A stretch of 63,856 nt of DNA, filler included, from Tricharina praecox (GCF_024521635.1; 3 parts of 3 records of this genome joined end to end with filler, not necessarily neighbours in it); one strand, 5' to 3'. Positions 1 to 14,767 are shown, numbered from the whole stretch's first letter. The notes: a model not told the origin generated them from the letters alone. Program-made: numbers and translations.

Positions 1-434
1 AAGTAAGGGCCCAAGGGGACGATTGCGGCCGTGACTATTGACGACTGGCTGGCGAGGTGGTCATTGGTGAACACTAAAATGTCGTATATCAGGTACCTAG
101 CTCCGGGTACGCCGAGGACCCAGATACCTTACCGGTACAGAGGGAGTGTGGAGCCACTGGAGCTAAGTGTGGAAGTGGGCAGGAAGAACGGGGTTGGTGT
201 GGAGACGTCGTGTTGGGGTGGGGGAGCGAACTCCACGGGAATTCAAGAAGAACCGCCGCAACCGGCGGTTCATCTTCAGAACATGGGCTTCGGCGTCCCT
301 GTGAACATGCGCAACGCCAGTCACGCATCTATAGAACACCACACCAACTCAATCTGCCCTGTACCGTCGGTATCCTCCAACTTTCTTCATCCTCTCGCGC
401 ATCGGCCAGAAGAACAATGAAAGCTGCTTCAATA

Positions 435-625
435 TTCGCATCAACTGGAGACAGTGCAATACCAGCGACACCATGGGGACCAACATGCGCAAGCACAGCG
501 GCAGCCAGCCCCAATTTGCAAAAATGAGGTTAATATTAGAACCGATGTTGTAATCGGATTTCAGATATTAAACTGAAAAGAACAGATACTACACTTGATC
601 TAAGCCAAAAGGCTGTAGATGGAGT
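435..625 (-). ncRNA. U2: U2 spliceosomal snRNA (~190 nt)
   Basis: Reverse complement reads ATCTACAGCCTTTTGGCTTAGATCAAGTGTAGTATCTGTTCTTTTCAGTTTAATATCTG (stem I, GUAGUA branch-recognition sequence, stem IIa). Sm site ATTTTTG near 518-524 and stem-loop IV CTGGTATTGCACTGTCTCCAG follow. Ends approximate. Confidence 0.96.
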
Positions 626-708
626 TAGTATTGTAGTGATGATGAAGGTTGGGGAAGGAGGACGTACCAAAGAGAGCTGAGGAAAAAGGGGGAAAGGGAG
701 GAGGCGAA

Positions 709-887
<179 letters not shown>

Positions 888-3425
888 TTTTATAGCGGTT
901 CTGAGGCTCTGCGGTTGCGGAGTTGTGGGTGTCGTTTTGGCCGGTGTAGGGCTAAGGGCTGGAGGGGTGGCTTACTACTCTACTTACTTCTTACATAAGC
1001 CACTAAACTGTATCTAGGCCGTCGACGACCGTGCCAAAACCCGACTGCTCTAACCTATTTGCTCGGACCTCTCTCTCCTGTGCCGAGCCGAAAAAAACAG
1101 AGCAAGCGTACTAGTAATTACTCCCTCTGTCTAGGTCATAGACTCGTGTCTATTGCGGTTACTCTTTAGGCCTTCTATCTCTCTATGACCTCCCTCCGAA
1201 TCACCGAAGATGATATTTAGGGGAAAGGCATCGCGTGGAAATTGCTACTAGAACAATCGAATAGGAATCGAGTGCACGCTCTTCGTATCTCTCCCACTGC
1301 GGAGATGGGGATTACAGATGCATATGGATGTATGATACTCGACGAGGCTGTGGATCCTTCAAGATTTCATCGATCTTTCAACCCATCATCGTACAAGGAG
1401 GTCAGCTCTCTTCTATAGCTGTATGTATGATAGGAGCAGCAGTCAGCGGAAGCCAGATGTCGTCGTGCTAGGTATCCATATGGTCGCTATGAGAGCAAGC
1501 TTGAGCGACAGCTTTTGAGAGCGGCAGACAAGTTCCGACACGGTACTTCACAGTGCTACCTGCGTAATTACACATAATCACTCGGTTTGAAGGCTATACG
1601 GTACTCCTCGAAGTGATGGACTTCTTTTGGCCGCAGCGGACTGTATGGTATGTAGCGGGTTCTTCACTCGACCCCTCTACACACGGGCGGGAAGGAAAGG
1701 GTCTGTGGTAGTTACTCGTAAACGGATCACCAACTCATTCCTTTGCAGCAATAGGCTCCCGAGTCCCGATGCCGTGTGTTCTTCTTCTTCCCTGGTATCA
1801 TAGCTTCGGTACCATATATATAACCGCCTCGTAACTAGGACTCGCCTATCTACGTCGAGCTCTTGGTAGTAAGCTAAGATCGAGTAGCTACTATATATAG
1901 ACTTGCATACAGCATCTCTACACGCTGGCAGGTAATCATAAATCTGATACTATTGGGGGCTCAGTGCATACACAGCCGTGACCCGCCGTAAGGCACAAAA
2001 CGATAGCATCCAAGGATTTTATCTAGGTAGGTAAACGGTCAACGAGCAACTTGCAGGTGCGTGGTCGCAATTCAGGAATACTTCAACGGAAGTTCTACCG
2101 TCGCGAACCTCGCAGATATATCCAGTTGTGTAACACATGTCGTTTTGACGGTTTACCGAGTGAGATCGTGTGATAGCAGAGCCTGTTTACAGTTTGTACC
2201 TATGGACACCCGTGTATTTTTGGTCTCCTGTCATACGCCAACTTAAGGCCACGTCGCCGGCTCGGTCCGGGAGTGTAACGATAGCACAATTCTTTGTACC
2301 GGAACCTACTCTAGTTCACGGCACTTTCCCTTTTAACGTGTGCCACACGCCCACATGGCCACGGCGTCCTCTCCGCGATCTCGTTCCGACCGCAAACCGA
2401 AATGCAGCGTGGGTAGAGCACCTAATCTTGCTCGATGGTGCATTGAGGCTGGTGATCACAAACGATCGCGAGTGATGCCACGGTGAAAGAAACATATCAT
2501 AAGTCGCATCCGGTGTTTCACCACTCCTAATTGCCGGAGTGGCATCCCTTTCCTGCATCATCCCTGTTGGGTGTTGGTGGTCATCAAACCCTGAACGCCA
2601 GTCGGGATGTACAGGACTGGCAAATACTCTACTCGAGCTAGGCGGCAACGGCCTAGAGGGAAAGCTCCCTGCTCGTTCCCCCTCGAAATCCTCGTGTTGC
2701 TGTTGGTTTCATCTTGCGATGGAGAACCGAGAAAGACAGGATTTATTATCTACATTCCCATACACTCTTGATAAATCGCCGAATTGAATCATCCGGCACT
2801 CTCTCTTTCTTCTCTTCTTCTTCCCGCTGTCGCTATTTCCCCGTCGTTGAGTTCTCTGCCTCGATTAAAACATAAAGCTCACCTGCAGTAGCTCCCCATC
2901 TCTACCCCTAGATACAGGCTTTATCCTACCCACTTCCCTTAGCGAGCGAGAAGTGAAATTGGAATGGTCTGGAAAATGTATATAAAATGATAGAATCGTA
3001 AATGGTTCAAGTTACATGTGGTCCGAGCGCACGAGCTGCGTCTGGACGACCCCTGCTCGTGCTTCTACAAGACAAGACGTGCATCTCCCGAGCAACGGGC
3101 AACGCAGCAACGGACCCTCAAACCCCTTCTCTGTTTGCCTTGCTCCTCCTCCCTCCAATCCCCCGTTCCACCTTCTCCCCCTTTCCACCTTCAAACCCTC
3201 TCTTCATTCCAACACTCCTCACTCCTTCACTTCGTTCCAACACTCTCGCTCTCACACCTCCAATACATACGTGAAGAACCCCCCTCGCCTCTTCTTCTCG
3301 TACCATTTCACCTAATATTCTACCACCGATAACCAAACCCCCCCTCTCCACTCTCTCTCCCCAACGAATTCAAACGAACACGAACACAACAGTCAAGTTG
3401 CACGATAACCGCACAAACGAACAGA

Positions 3426-5095
3426 ATGTCGTCCCAAACATGGCCGGAACTCAAGGCTGACCACCCCATCATCAAGCTCCACCAGAAGCTTCCAGAGATT
3501 CTCACTGCTTCTGAGGGCTACAACTCGATCTGGGGACTCACCCTTATCGCTCCTCCTGCCGCTGAGCCCAGCGCCATCCCGCCACCCCTCCTGCCACCAC
3601 CTCCACTCCTCCCCCGCCCGGATGCCGCTGCCCCTACAACCAGAAGCCGGCGTCGCTGCCGAGACCCGCGTTCCGTCGCCTCGGCCGACAAGAAGCCCGT
3701 CCCACAGCCCACCTTCGCCGCGCTGATTCCTGCAGAAGTTCCTGCGCGCGAACGCGAACGACGTTTGCCAAGGCCTTCCCCGCAGCTGAAGGACACCATG
3801 GTGTGCGCAAGGGGTTCTTCTCTTCTCGCCGACGGAGAGAGCAGCAAGGGATGGAGCGAGACCAAGTTCAAGGGAATCGGATACGTCAACACCATCAAGC
3901 ACAAGAGCGGTGTGGAGAAGGTCGTCTCTTGGAACATCTACGGTGCCACCAAGGATATCAAGGCTACGTTTTCGGCGGACTCGACGAGTTCATCCGGTGG
4001 AGGGTCAATCTCATGGAGGAGAGCTTGACGCGTCTCAAGTTGGGCGAGGCCACCGAGCCGATCCCCGACTACGGTCAGGGCGAGGATCCTTACATGAGTC
4101 TTCAGGTCCATGACTACATGAACGTTTTCTTTTCCTTTCTTGCGACTTCCGTCGGAGGTCAAGGCGGCCAGCAAGAAGACGATTGAGATGTTCGCAAGAT
4201 ACTACCCCCCCCCCCGAAACGTTGGAGAGGAAGTTTTTCGTGTAATGTGCTCGTTTCCGCGATCGATGCGATTGGTTTGCATATAACTGACTTTCGTGAT
4301 GCAGGAACGTCCCTCCCCGCGCCTCATGGGCTGGGTCTACAAGCTTGCATCAAGAGGCTGTTGAGCAACGCTACGGTGTCAAAGGTATGTTTTTTGCCAT
4401 TGGATATGTCGAGGAGTTCATCGCTGATTGCAATTTCTCTTCAGTTGGAGATGTTGAGTTCAAGCAAGGAGCTGGCCTCCTGGTTGGGCGAGGACATTCC
4501 TAAGCAGTACGGTGGAAACGCCGAGCCTTTGGAGTCGGGTAGCAACTCGGTCCACAGCCCCAAGGACGTCGACGGAGAGGCTGCCGAGGAGGCCGCCGTC
4601 AAGGAGAAGGAGGCCAAGGAGGCTAAGGCTGTCGAGGAAGCCACCGCTGCCGCCGCCGCCGCGAATGAGCAGGAGACTAAGCCGGCTGTCGTCGAGGAGG
4701 TCAAGGCTACCGAGGAGGCACCCAAGGAGGCACCTAAGGAGGAGGCCGCGCCAATCGTGAGCGTCACCACCCCCGCTGAGACCACCGTGGAAGAACCGAA
4801 GGTCGCCGAGATTCCCGTCGTGGCTGTCCCTGAGACCGCTACAGTAGCCGAAATCGAGGCCCCTAAGGCCGAGGAGACGCCGGTTGCCAAGAAGGAGGAG
4901 GAGGTCACCCCCTTGCCCCTTACCGAGCCCGTCACCGCCGAAGTCGTCGTCGTCGCCGAGGCCGCCACGCAGCCAATCACTGAGGTCGAGGTTCGCGAGG
5001 ATGCTCCAGCGGCTCCCAAAGACATCTCCGAGGTCCCCATTCCTGCGCCCATCGCTCTCACCGAGGCCCCCAAGGTCGAGGAGAAGAAGGAGTAA
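3426..5095 (+). CDS. SFH5: Sec14/CRAL-TRIO phosphatidylinositol transfer protein, SFH5-like, with a long Glu/Ala/Pro-rich C-terminal tail; several frameshifts in this assembly
   Basis: Motifs spread across frames: YNSIWG, ILQKFLRAN, VVSWNIYGATKD, DEFIRWRVNLME, GEDPYMSLQVHDYMNV, YY-PETLERKFF, EDIPKQYGG. Probable introns near 4243-4304 and 4385-4444. Confidence 0.85.
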
Positions 5096-6232
5096 ACATT
5101 TGCACATGTTCCACTATTGATACTAGTTTTTTCATCCTTTTTCTCTCTCTGGCATTTTGGCTAGTGCTGTGTACGGGCGTTCTTTTCCGTTTCATTTCAT
5201 TCCCTTCTCTTTTTTTCAATTGTCTGCTTTGTTCTTTTCCTTTCTTTCGTCGTCATCGATCTCTCGGGGACGTGTGATGGATGGATGGGTGGGGGAGTGC
5301 ATTGGGAAAAACAACAAATCGGTGAAGAGATTCTGAGGCGGATATAAAAAGCGAGCGTGTTCTTTTCTTCACTTTGCTGTCTGGTTTGGAGGGAAAAGAA
5401 GCGGTGTTTTCAATGTTGATATCCCACTTCCTCTTTCTTTCGATTGTCTTGTGATTTTCACGTCTGCTCTGCTTTTGCGTCCGTCTGTTGTGTTGATCTT
5501 CTTTGCTGTGTTGTGTCTTTCTCTGTCTGCGGTTGTTGTTGTCGTTGACGATGTTTTCTAATGTTTAATGCGTTGTTGCAACTGTTCGTTTGCCCACTGT
5601 ACTTTAGGATCAAGGAATGGGGGAGGAGGGGGAGGAGGGGGTGGAAAGCGACGTTGGGGATTCGTCTAGTTACCTACATAGAGGAGAACCAAAGATTGAG
5701 GTTAGAACAAGCTTTTTTTTTTTTGCCCTGCAGCTTCGCCCGGTGCATTGAGTTCGACCAACAAAAGTCATGGCGTGTGCAAATACAATGTGTATGCAGT
5801 CACCTTTCTGCCGAGCGAGTCCATCTATCCAATAACCTTCGTCCTTCGGGATGGTCATATATATGTAGAGTACTGGCTGGATGTTCAAAGTTCAGTGGCG
5901 ATATGACTGGGGGTAAGAGCATAAACCTTGTATTTGTAGTTGACTCGAACGGAAACTCGTTGCGGTTCGTTGGACACAGCCCGTGACCTGACTGAAAGGT
6001 TTTGGCTATGACGCGCTATGTAAATATCCCTGCTTCGAAAACGGACAGCTCACATGCACGCACGCGGAGCATCTCCGAAAGAAAGGTATGAGAGCGGAAG
6101 TGCTCTGAGCCGCCCCGCAACCACTCCCTACTATCACTACCACAACCACCGCCTCTTCGCGGATTATCATCACAAGTTCACAACAAACCAACACCACGCA
6201 CACCCCCGACACCACATGCTCCAACCGCAACA

Positions 6233-9200
6233 ATGCTCCTCGTGCACACCACCGGCAGCACTCGAATCGGCGAGGTGCGCCGGTACACAATAACGTACAC
6301 GCCGTCGTCTGACCGGCTGCTGCCATTGCCTGCCGCGCTGCACCTACGGATCAAGAACACCGCGCCGCTGCCGTTCCGCGCCGCGTACCTGCACGGCCCG
6401 TACACGCTGTACGTGTCCGTGCGGCGCCAGGAGTTCGAGCCGTGGACGAGCAGTACGCCCGGCACCAGGGAGCGCGACGAGGAGCTGCAGGGAGAGCGCG
6501 ATAGGGGCCAGGGGAAGCAGGAGGGCGGGATTCCGGTGTAGGTCACTCGGGAACAGATGGAGGGGGGGAGGGGGCGCTTGTGCTGACGATGATGGGGGGA
6601 GGGCAGCTACGATCCGCACCTCAAAGCCGGCGCCTCGTTCTACGCGACGCTGCCGATCCCGCCAGAGCTGATCGAGGACTCGATGCGGATATTCCGCGAA
6701 TCGGGCGCGCCAGATGCTCCCGGCTGTCGGAAGGGGTACGAACACGGCGGGCGCATGAGTCTGGACGGGAAACGCACGTTCTCGCGCGATCCGAAGCGAC
6801 GCCGCAGCGTCACGTGGATCATCGAGGTCATCAGTCAGGTGATCTTCTCGACGACGGCGACGGTCGGCTACGAGATACTGCTCGGGAGAGACGAGAAGTG
6901 CCTCAGCTTTGCGTATCCGCTTGGCAGCGGGAATACTACGCCGCGGCCCGGGAGCTCGGGAAGTGATGGTACGGGAGCAGAGAATGGCGTGTTGTCTCGT
7001 GCGGTGCAAGTGAAGTTGCAGGGGACGAAGGAGCTATGGGAGACACCTGCGTTTCCGAGTTGGCAGGAGGGGCTGACGAGGGAGGAGATGGCGAGGGATC
7101 CAGAGGAGCAGGATGAGGCGCGGGAGAGAAGGAGAAAGCAGAAAGTGAAGAGAAAGACGAAGGATGTGCATTTGGTTATTCTCACACATGGTTTGCATAG
7201 TAATACCGGTGCGGATATGCTATTTTTGAAGGAGTCGATCGATGAGGAGGAGAGGAAGGCGACACTGATGCGGAGGAAGCTCGTCGAGGAGGGCAAGATG
7301 TCTGCCGCCGAGGAGGAGAATGCCGAGCAGGTGATTGTGCGCGGGTTCCACGACAACAGCTGTCGCACCGAACGAGGGATCAAGTATCTCGGGAAGAGAC
7401 TCGCGAGATTCGTCCTCCACACCGCACGTCCAAACCATCCTCCGCTGCCGCAATCGGGCCGCAATAAGTTGCACAAACCGAGGAAGCCGCATCATCACCC
7501 GCATCTGACTCCCGAAGCAAGGGATAACGGACTGCCAGGGCTGAACGACGGGGCTGGGGATGTACCACCGTACAAGATTACAAGTATTTCATTTATCGGC
7601 CATTCCCTCGGAGGCCTGGTGCAGACGTATGCGATTGCTTACATCCACGCACACTCGCCCACCTTCTTTCAAGAGATCAAACCGGTCAATTTTGTCGCGC
7701 TTGCAACACCATTTTTAGGATTGTCCAACGAGAACCCGCTCTACGTTCGGTTCGCACTCGACTTTGGGCTGGTGGGAAAGACTGGACAAGATTTGGGCCT
7801 GAAGTGGAGGGCTCCCGGCGCGTTTGCGGCGTTTGGTGGCAATGGGACAGCATCCAAGTCTGCGGGTGGTGATGGAAGTTCTAAGCCTCTTCTCAGAATC
7901 CTGCCCACGGGACCGGCGCACGAAGTTCTCAAGATGTTCCGTAATCGGACGGTGTACGCAAATGTTGTCAACGACGGAATCGTTCCACTCCGCACTAGTT
8001 GCTTGCTATTCCTAGATTGGAAGGGACTCGGCAGGGTTGACAAGGCGAGGAGAGAGAATGGTCCTGTCGGTGGCCTGGTTGAGTGGGGCTGGGGCCAACT
8101 CGTGAGTACCAGTACGGCAACCTCTGCGAGTAAACCACTGCCGCCGACGGGATTTGGGTTTCCGGGTGGGTTTGGGAATACATTTTGGAGCAAGAGTGGA
8201 GACTCGGCCACTTCTTCGACAGTGGTGCCGCCTACCATCGTCGCTCACGGCACTGCAGAGGAGCCAGCGGCCCAGCGACTTATAGAAAACAATCCGGTTA
8301 CTGAAGCACCGCTCACCAATGAGCCCTCGGCGAGGGAGCGCAGCCAGCAACAGCAGCTCACCATTTCTGCACCACCCTCCCAACCCTCATCTCCCAGCAT
8401 CAAACCCACGCCCAATCCGTTCAGTGCATTCATGACTCTCCTTCGCCCACACGCTGGCACTAAGTCCAAACCGGCAGGAAAGATCTACCACCGCTCCCAG
8501 ACCCACTCCACTGTGTCTTCGGCCGAATCATCATCCGCAGATTTGGCCCTCTCCTCGCCCAGCGACGAGCCCACCACTCTCGAAGCGCCGCCCAAAACCT
8601 CCATCTTGGAAGCCGCGGGCGACGTCCTCAACCCACCCCTCCCCAGCACCGAATTCCTGATCGACCCCGGCTCGCGCCCACAAACAATCTTCCACGACCG
8701 CGTCTACCACGCGGACGAAATCCCGCCGCTGCCCGCCTCCAAACGCAGCACCGGCCTCGCCAACATATCCACAGCGGCCAGCAACATTCCCGTGGAAGAA
8801 AAGATCGCGCGTGCCTACCACAAAGGCATGTCGTGGCGCAAAGTCCTTGTGCGGCTCGAGCCCGACGCGCACAACAACATGGTGGTCCGGCGCATGTTCG
8901 CCAACGCCTACGGCTGGCCGGTAATCCAGCACCTGGTCGAAACGCACTTCGGCATGAGCTACGAAGCGGTCACCCCGGACGCCTTCGAGGGCCGCCAGGA
9001 GCGCGCAGATACCCCCGAGGGACTTACCGAGGCCACCTCCCCGACCGTCGCGAAAGCGCCCCCGGACACCCCGACCCGCCGCCGCAGCGACACTGTCGAT
9101 ACTGCTTCGTGGACGTCGGACGCGTTCAACATCTCGGACGACGACGTGTCGACGACCGACTCCGAGGAGGACGCGAACGCGGAGGAAACACTGCAGGCGT

Positions 9201-9802
9201 TCCTGGGTCTGCCCCCTACGCCGCAGAAGCAGCAGCTCGAGCGCGGGACTACAGAGGTCTCCAAGGTCTCTGCCGAAGCTGCGGCGGCGGGTGGCGTCGG
9301 CACCGGTGGAACTGTGGGCTTGGGACTAAGGAATCTCAGCTTTGGAAGCGGTCCTGGCGGGGGCTGGGGAGAACGCAGGAGGAGCGGCGAGAGCGAGAGG
9401 CGCAGCGAGGCTGTTAAGATGCTGGAGCGCTGTAGTAGTACTACTACCGTGAGACAGGCGCAGAAGACTAGTATTGGGAGTTCCGGCGGTAGTCCGGCGA
9501 GTGGCAGCGGTGGGGAGGTGTGGAGGGAGGGCGAGAGGGAGGGGCTGCTTGAGGGGGAACACGAGGAACGGGAGGAACGTGGGGAGGAAAGGGGCACGAA
9601 AAGTAATGATACCGTTAGGCAGGTGAGAAGGATCAGTGCCGTTGGCGGGCCGGCGAGTGGGAATGGGACGCATGTCGAGGCGGAGAGCGAGGGGTTGTTG
9701 GCGGGGCAGGAGCAAGTAGAAGAGGGGTTATTGGCGGGACAGGAACAGGAAGAGGAACAGGCGGAGGAGCGTGTACAAAGCACTGTGACGGGCACGGAAT
9801 AG
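6233..9802 (+). CDS. DUF676 alpha/beta-hydrolase (ROG1-like putative lipase); exons 6233-6537 and 6607-9802
   Basis: HLVILTHGLHSN, the ISFIGHSLGGLVQ GxSxG nucleophile elbow, ATPFLG, NVVNDGIVPLRTS, WRKVLVRLEPDAHNNMVVRR. A GTAGGT...GCTGAC...CAG intron (6538-6606) joins the two exons in frame. Confidence 0.92.
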
Positions 9803-11083
9803 CGATGATGTGCGGAGGAGTTGCATATATTGGTGTTTTTTTGAGCGGCTTTTTCTCTATATCATCTTGCTTGGTCTTGTGTGTTGAGGATAGTATGGAT
9901 GTCTGTATGCATACCTAGAATGGGATTTGAGGGTTATATCAGTCACTAGGTCGGGGTGGAATCTGGACGCGAATCGAAAATTGTAATAGTAAGGCGGCTT
10001 TATTCATCCTTTACTTGGTACATTCGAATTTCAGTCACTCATCTCTCGTCAAAACTCGGCACCACGCATATTGCCACGCACCATATGCTCTTACTAGTAT
10101 ACGTGGGCGTTTGTACAGTACGTACCCCTTAAATCTCTGGCTACCAGCCCCACATTCACCACTCTATCCGTTCATCAACGAGTTTATGAGTTTAATAAAC
10201 GAGTTGATTGTCGTGTCACCGAGATGCGGTGCTTGCATGTGGTTTTTGTCGTCCACTAGAATCCAGGCCATCACCTTCGCTCTTCACGTGGTAACCACTG
10301 GTATCATCGCTCATCACTGCTCGTCACGTGACACAATTGCTCATCGCCGGGTAAACTACCCGCCAAAAGGCAGAAATCCACACAGCTAGCCCGCAGCGGG
10401 TTGACTTGCAGACATCTAAGGCACGCCGCACGACGACATGCGGTGCGCGGCGGATGATCAGATAATCATTGATAAGCCTCTTGGCATGACACACAATTTA
10501 TCAGATGGTCTGATATCTGCAGCCTTTCTTCGCCGGCTGCTATCTTTTCGGCGCGGAGTGGCCGGCCAGGGTTCCGTGCGTGCGTGAGACCACACGGCGA
10601 CGGATGCCTGGCCACACACGTGTCTCGCCAGCATGCTTCGATGATGAATGAGCCCGACCAATTCGCTCACCAGCCGTCATAGAAAGTCTTCACAGAGATC
10701 ATACATATCATCATGCGCACCCGTTTGTTATCCGCATCGGTATGCATAGCACTTCCTTCTTTCGTGCCAGCTGTCGAAAGGAATCATCATCATCCTCTCC
10801 GGACAATATCCGTGTCCGTCGACACTCTGCCGGCCAGTCACCCCCCCCTCCCTCCCATCCCAGAAACATTCCCGGAGGTCGTCATCCCCCCCCACACCAC
10901 CAACTCACCACTCACCACTCACCGCCCATCATCCGCCAACCAGCAGGCAGGCCCCCGCCGCACCCGCCCCACACCGGATCGACGAGGCGGATCGCGACGA
11001 AACGGAGCTTACCATATTAAGCCCCCGCACGGAAAGCCCCTGCTAGAACCTCTACATGTCGACACCTGCATCACCGTCCGCGC

Positions 11084-14000
11084 ATGGCAGTGGCCGGCGC
11101 AGCAGCAGCAGCCGAATCCCTCCAGGAGGAGGAGGAGGAGGAGGAGGGGGGAGGAGGAGGAGGAGGGGGAGGAGGACGAGGCCTCTCGCACCGGCTCACC
11201 CCGCCCCTGTCTCACCGACCTGATCGCTCGCCGAACCCCAGTAGCAGCACCAGTAGTAGTCACACCCATGGCTCATACGCCAACACCGACTCTCCTCCGC
11301 TAGACCACGAGCCGGAACTCGAGTTGTCGTCGCTTCCTTCCCCGCGACTTACTCGTGCCAGCGCTAACCGCGGGAGCCCTCTTGCTTTTCTCCCCACCAC
11401 CGCCGAAGACGACGCAGACCCGTACCCCTCCCGTTCTCCCGCCAGCTACTTATCGGACCGCGACCGCCCGTTGACATCCCCCTCCGCCGCGCCGCTGCCG
11501 TCGCCGCAGCTTCATACCTCTCGTACGACTCCGGCCACGAGCTCGATCGCAACCGCCGCCCACCGCGCCGACCACCACCACCACCGCCAAAACAATCACA
11601 CTACTCACAACACCGACCAAACACTGATACTAGCGGCTTCGACTTCGGCTTGGGCTTTGGCGCCAAATTATCCGGCTGGTACAATCACATGAAGGCGACA
11701 CATTTTCCGCTGCTGCGTTCGTCGCCAGCAGTAGGCACCGGCAGCTACGGAGCCCTTCCGACGAGCTACCAGGGATCCGGTGCATCTTCGGAGACCCCCT
11801 CGGACGAGGACCACGGTGCTACCACGGAGGAAGATGAGGGACCGCTGTCATCTGCTACCGACGGACTGATGGGTGGTGGTGGGACTCGCAACAGAAAATG
11901 GAAGGGCATACGGACGGGTGTGGAAACAAGAGAAGGACTAGAAGGCTATCAGATGGACCCGAATGAAGCAGGGAGTGAGTCGGAAGCCGTGCTGGATATT
12001 GACGACGAAGAGGACAACGAGGAAGAGGAGGAGGAAGACGAAAATGACCCAAAGGATAATTCACCCTACCCGGAAGTGCGCGCATCCGTCCTGGCGACCG
12101 ATGACGAGTCCCTGTCGATCAACACGCCCAGAATGTGGACCCTGTCACTGCTCTTCACGCTCGTCGGGTCGTCGACGAACCTGTTCTTTTCGCTGCGCTA
12201 CCCGTCCATATCGATAACCCCAGTGATCGCCTTGTTGCTCGCGCATCCTTTAGGAAAGCTCTGGGACCAAGCCTTTCCCAATGACCTTGAAAATGAAGTC
12301 AAACCGACGGGGACGCTGGGTCGGTTCAGAAGTTGGCTGGGCCAGGGGCGGTGGAATAGGAAGGAACACGCTTGCGTATATATCAGTAGCAACGTCTCCT
12401 TTGGCTTTGCCTTTGCTACCGACGTAAGGCTCTTGTGTCTGGACGGCCCGTGGTTTCGACAGGCGCCAGGGATGACTTTTGGCTGATGATCCTCTCTCCC
12501 CATAGGTGATCGTTGAGCAAACGCACTTCTACCATCAGGACCCTGGCGTTGTTTACCAGATCCTCCTGACGTTGTCGACTCAAATTCTGGGCTACACGTT
12601 TGCCGGGTTGACGCGGCAGTGGCTGGTACGGCCAAGTAGCATGATCTGGCCAGGAACTTTGATGTCCACGGCGATGTTCACGACATTGCACGGCGAAGAA
12701 AATAAGCCAGCCGATGGGTGGGAAGTTTCGCGGTGGAGGTTTTTCGTGAGTCCTTTCGCACCTAACAGTATTCTAGTGATCTGCACGTCGTTATCAGATC
12801 ATTTGATAGCTGCCTGCAGAAGTGTGTTTCGAAACCACAGGTCCGCTAACCGTGATGACAGAATTATGTTTTCGCCGGAGGCTTCGTATGGTATTTCGTT
12901 CCAGGCTTCCTGATGCCCGCGCTCAGTTACTTCAACGCTGCGACGTGGTTTGCTCCCGATAATGTCGTCATCTCGAACTTGGTATGCCACATCGCCGTCC
13001 CACCTGCAGGAACGTATGCGCCCGCTAACTGCGATCACAGTTTGGTGTCAGGTCGGGCTTGGGAATGCTGCCGGTGACCTTTGACTGGGCGCAGATTTCG
13101 TACATCGGATCGCCGCTAATGACACCGTTCTGGGCTGCTGCAAATGTGGTTGGAGGGCTGATACTCGTGATGTGGATCATCGCGCCAATCATGTGTACGC
13201 TGCCGTGCACGTTGTTGTTGCTGTCGCAGGATAATTATCTGACCGCTTCGCAGATTACTCGAATGTGTTTTACAGTTCGTACATGCCAATACTGTCGAGT
13301 GATGTGTTTGACAACACGGCGCAGACATACAACGTTTCGCGCATTCTCACGCCACAGTTCTTGTTCGACGAGGAGGCGTACAAAGACTACAGCAAGGTGT
13401 TTATGCCGATCACGTAGGTCCCCTGATCATCGTGCGTTGTCGTCGGCCGTCGGCTGATGAGGAGGGGGGGGCGTTGCAGATATGTACTCTCGTACGGCCT
13501 GCAGTTTGCCGCGCTGACAGCTTTGGTCACACACACGGCCTGTTGGCACGGGAAGGACATCTGGCGCCAGTGGAAGAAGGTCATGCAGGCTCCCTCCCGA
13601 CGGCCTGCAGGTGGTGCCGAATATGCTCCGATCGCGACACCATCGTCTTCGGCGGGGGGGAGGCGCGCCAGGCGGCGTAGGAGCCGTCGTCTGTCGACTG
13701 TCAGCGACGGCGAGTGGGAGGAGATGGTCAATGGCGATGATGTTCACATACGGCTGATGAAGAAGTACGAGGAGTGTCCCACGAGCTGGTACCTTGCGAC
13801 CTTTGTTGTTATGGTTGCGGTCGGCATCTTCGTCGTCGAGTATTATCCCGTGCACCTTCCGTGGTACGGGCTTCTGCTGGCGTTGGGCGTTTGCGGCGTC
13901 TTCTTCGTTCCCATCGGGATCGTCATGGCGATCACCAACACGCAGTCATCGCTCTTCCTCGTGTGTCAGCTCATCTGCGGCACCATCTTCCCCGGCCGCC

Positions 14001-14767
14001 CGGTCGCCAACATGGTGTTCGTCATGTACGGGTACATCACGTCCACACAGGGGCTCAAATTCGCAGCGGACCTAAAGCTGGGGCATTACATGAAGATCCC
14101 GCCGCGCCTCCTGTTCAACATCCAGCTCTTCGCCACGGTAGTCGGCTGTCTGACGCAGATCGGAGTGCTGAACTGGATGTTCAACAACATCCCCGGGATC
14201 TGCACGCCCGAGGCGCTGAACGGCTTTACGTGTCCCATCGCGCGCGTGCACTTCAACGGCTCGATCCTGTGGGGGGTCGTAGGACCCGGCCGCTTCTTCG
14301 GCTCGAAAGAGCTTTACCGGCCATTGATCTGGGCGTTCCTGATCGGTGCGATCGCGCCAGTCAGTATCTGGCTCATCTGGCGGGCGCGCGGGAAGCCGCG
14401 CCGCTCCTTCCTCAAGGCCATCTCGTTGCCTGTGCTCTTCGGCTCGCTGTCGTGGATCCCGCCCGCTACGGGACTCAACTTCTCCGCTTGGGCGATTGTG
14501 TGCTACGTCTTCAATTGGGTACTCCGTAGGCGCCGCACAGAGTGGTGGGGGAAGTACACCATGACCCTCAGTGCCGCGCTCGACGCGAGTTTGGCCTTCG
14601 GCCTGGTCGTCGTGTTCTTTGCGCTGCTCTATCCCGGCTGGGGATGGCTGGAGAATCTGCAGTGGTGGGGTACGAAAGTGCATACGCAGGGCTGCGACTG
14701 GAGGGGCTGTGCGTTTAATGAAGTACCCGAGGGCGGAACGTTCGGGCCGAAGTTTGGGAGCTGGTAA
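11084..14767 (+). CDS. OPT-family oligopeptide transporter, multi-exon; start and first exon uncertain
   Basis: SPYPEVRASV signature, WNRKEH, WLVRPSSMIWPGTL, FDWAQISYIGSPL, DLKLGHYMKIPPR, SILWGVVGP. Introns at about 12424-12506, 12746-12861, 12982-13040, 13195-13253 and 13414-13479. Confidence 0.93.

Noticed and set aside
1..434. U2-targeting retroelement (Utopia/Keno-like)
   Set aside because: U2 is uninterrupted and there is no RT or endonuclease sequence nearby.
2160..2370. Imperfect ~110-nt tandem duplication
   Set aside because: Highly degenerate, with no structure or coding support.
4441..5107. Antisense ORFs over SFH5, and similar ones over the lipase, OPT, TOF1, cbh1 and pol genes
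   Set aside because: Shadow ORFs caused by GC-rich codon bias.
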